Of a stretch of 64,000 bases of DNA, positions 61,492-64,000 are shown piece by piece. The position numbers and the translations under genes are program-made. The notes under the pieces are model-generated. The model was not told where the DNA came from and did no database searches. It worked only from the letters and a program-made list of their open reading frames with translations. The stretch lies in NCBI RefSeq assembly GCF_001194135.2, contig NC_068990.1, forward strand, positions 17,662,856 to 17,726,855, in the 5' to 3' direction. This stretch comes from Octopus bimaculoides. Its lineage: Eukaryota. Positions within the stretch are counted from its first letter, which is position 1; every line of letters begins with the position of its first letter.

Positions 61492-62044
61492 CTGGGCAAC
61501 CATGTACCTCCCACCTGCCAATTCACTGCCTTACCCAATATATTACTGGTATTTATTTTATTGATCTCAGAGGGATGAAAAATAACCCTTTGGTCATCAT
61601 TTTCCTGCTGAAATACACTTCCTTTGTTTCAATTCANNNNNNNNNNTTTGGAAAATAACAAAGACTTTAGTAGAATGGCTTTGCCCTTATTAAGCTGGAA
61701 TGTTTTGGAACATAAATTAGTTTGAAATTTTGTTGGAAGGCTTTCATTTAGATCGTATTAAATCTGAAAGTAATATCAGAGAACTGCAGGTGGTCTCAGG
61801 TGTGTTCATGCTGAGAGAATTGAAGTTGATTCCAGCATGTTTCAAACCTGTGCCTAATGAGACCAGATTAAAGCTTTAAGATATTTCGTCTTGTCTTTTG
61901 TTTCTCTTCATCTGTAAACTTCCTTCCTTTTTCTTATAAAACATCTTAAAATATTCTATTTTATTAAATTTGTTTTCCCTTGTGTTTGGCTTTTCTCATA
62001 TTTTTTCCATTATTTTACTTTTATTTTCTTTTATTTTCATCCAG

Positions 62045-62323
62045 GCAATTGCTGAAGAAACTGAGAAAAAATTAGACATTGCACGTAGTAGCTACGAAGA
62101 AATCTCTGTTCACTCGACTATTTTATTTTTCTCTATTGCTGACTTAGCCAATATTGAACCTATGTACCAATATTCGTTGACCTGGTTTATAAATCTATTC
62201 CTCTTGTCAATTGAAAATGCTGAGCAATCCGAAAATCTCTCGGTACGACTGGAAAACCTGCATACCCATTTCACTTATTCTCTCTATGTAAATATTTGTC
62301 GGTCTCTGTTTGAAAAAGATAAG
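62045..62323 (+). CDS. DNAH7: Exon 34
   Basis: tccag|GCA..AAG|gtatgt; [11 protein letters not shown]...[10 protein letters not shown]...[11 protein letters not shown]; 279 nt. Confidence 0.97.
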
Positions 62324-62674
62324 GTATGTATTAATTTAAAGATAACATATGTTAAACTTTAGGCGTGCATATTTTTGTTTGTTTTACATCTGTTTTTCCG
62401 TCCTTGCATGGGTTGTTTGATTACATTATTTAAAACATTGTTTTGCTGCCAGATAGCCTTCCTGGTAGAGGCTACATTCACCTAAGGTGGATGTAAGGAA
62501 GTTACGGTGTTGCATTCAATTCCTGGTTGTGTGTTGTGTCCTTGAGCAAGACACTTTATTTCTTGTTGCTCCAGTCCACTCAGCTGGCAAAAATTAGCCG
62601 TACCTGTAATTGAAAGAGCCAGCCTTGTCACACTCTATGTCATGTTGAATCTCCTTGAGAACTACATTAACAGG

Positions 62675-63170
62675 ACATGTATGAGTGATTCAGACGTTTC
62701 AAGATGACCGAAAAAAATGTCAATTTTGGTAAATATTCTGGGAGACCTGCAACCAGCCAAACTGAGAAAAACATTGCAGACATGTGTGCAGCTGTAAGGG
62801 GAAATCATCAAATTACCATCCATGAGTTATCAGGGGATGTGCAGATTAGTTACGGTTCAGTTCAGTCCATTATCACTGAAGATTTGGGTATGAGACACAT
62901 GTCTGCCAAATTTGTGCCAAAACTGCTTTCAGTTGACCAAAAAGACACTTGGGTTTCAGTTGCACAAGGTCTCCTTGATTGTGTTGAGAACGATGAAAGC
63001 TTTTTGAAAACTTTGTGTAGGCCTCTGAGCAGGTATCACCAAACTTTTGGCAAAATTTGATGCAGATTCTCTGCTCAACTTTCTCTGTCATGGTCAATGC
63101 GATGATCACACACTACACACCTTCCTTCCAAGCACTGCTGTAAACAGCAAAAGGGAGCTAGGACATTAAA
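62675..63170. mobile_element. Mariner fragment with an internal inversion
   Basis: Plus strand SGRPATSQTE...ISYGSVQSIITEDLGMRHMSAKFVPKLL (62675-63010); minus strand N-terminus MTEKVEQRICIKFCQKFG (ATG at 63091). Confidence 0.85.
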
Positions 63171-63791
63171 ACTCAGAGTAGTTGGTGTTAGGAAGGGCAA
63201 CCAGCTGTAGAAACATTGCCAGATTAGATCGGAGCCTGGTGCAGCCACTAACATTCCAGACTTTAGTCAAACCGCCCAACCCATGCCAGTATGGAAAACG
63301 GACGTTAAACGATGATGATGATGATGATCTAGTATTTTAAATGTTACTAGTTTGTTCTATGATAAGGCAGAGAGTCCTACTTCTAAGAAACAGTGAATCT
63401 ATTAAGTTTTACAATCTTTACAACTGTTTTCCTTTTATTCTTTTGCTGGTTTCAGCCATTGGTGTAGTCAGATTAACTGCAGCACTTACTTTTACCTTCT
63501 GCAATTTACTTCACTGACCTTATAAAGACAAAATACTAAGTAGATCTCGCCTGAATTTGAACTCAGGATATGAAGGGCCTTTTACCATATACCATCAAGT
63601 ATTTTGTTTGACAATTTACCCATTCTACCCTATAATGTCCAATTATTAAGTCATCTCATATAATTTGAATAATATTGTATCTTCTAAATTTTTCATTAAA
63701 GAACTGACGTACATTTTATTTGCTGGTGTATTTTTTTTTTTGTTGTTCTGTTACTTCTGAAACATCTGCTATTTTATATTATTTCTTTCAG

Positions 63792-64000
63792 CTGCTGTTC
63801 TCGTTTTTGCTGTGTACCAATATTTTAAAGCATAAAAAGGAAGTTAATGAAGAGGAATATCGGTTCTTATTAACTGGAGGAATTGGTTTAGAAAATCCAC
63901 ATGTCAACCCAACTGATTGGCTACCACCAGAGTCATGGGATGAAATCTGTCGACTAGATGAACTTAGTCATTTCCGCAATATTCGACTAAAGTTTTCCAA
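63792..64000 (+). CDS. DNAH7: Exon 35 (cut by window end)
   Basis: ttcag|CTG; [13 protein letters not shown]...[13 protein letters not shown]...[16 protein letters not shown]; open to base 64000. Confidence 0.95.
   Translation, partial: MLFSFLLCTNILKHKKEVNEEEYRFLLTGGIGLENPHVNPTDWLPPESWDEICRLDELSHFRNIRLKFS

Overview
Eukaryotic, AT-rich, repeat-dense genomic DNA. The SINE, RTE and microsatellite repertoire looks like that of Octopus (coleoid cephalopod); this is inference from recalled repeat families and was not database-checked. The whole window lies inside one + strand gene, an axonemal inner-arm dynein heavy chain that best matches DNAH7 as recalled. I traced 35 coding exons by hand (1223..64000; 34 complete plus 1 cut by the window edge). 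All introns are GT-AG with consistent phases. The spliced frame is 5,939 nt (about 1,979 codons) with no stop, running from the AAA1 Walker B through AAA2-AAA4, the stalk/MTBD and AAA5 into the AAA6 region. Both ends of the gene lie outside the window. The nine N-gaps (7007-7476, 13621-13660, 14999-15071, 17428-18352, 24332-24758, 26869-27239, 29399-29439, 42193-42629, 61637-61646) do not appear to hide exons. Introns hold three tRNA-headed SINE families, RTE LINE 3' ends, R4/Dong-like and other RLE-LINE fossils, several Tc1/mariner fossils, piggyBac-, hAT- and Merlin-like MITEs, a Helentron-type element and many microsatellites. No rRNA, true tRNA or CRISPR array was seen. The best candidate for something undescribed is an apparently young element (26757-27475) with self-palindromic terminal inverted repeats, promoter-like motifs at both ends and a SAP-domain ORF that runs into a gap. 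Other leads are intronic dsRNA-forming inverted repeats, complementary microsatellites around exons and a snap-back SINE junction. Repeat boundaries without a TSD or TIR are approximate (about +/-20 nt).
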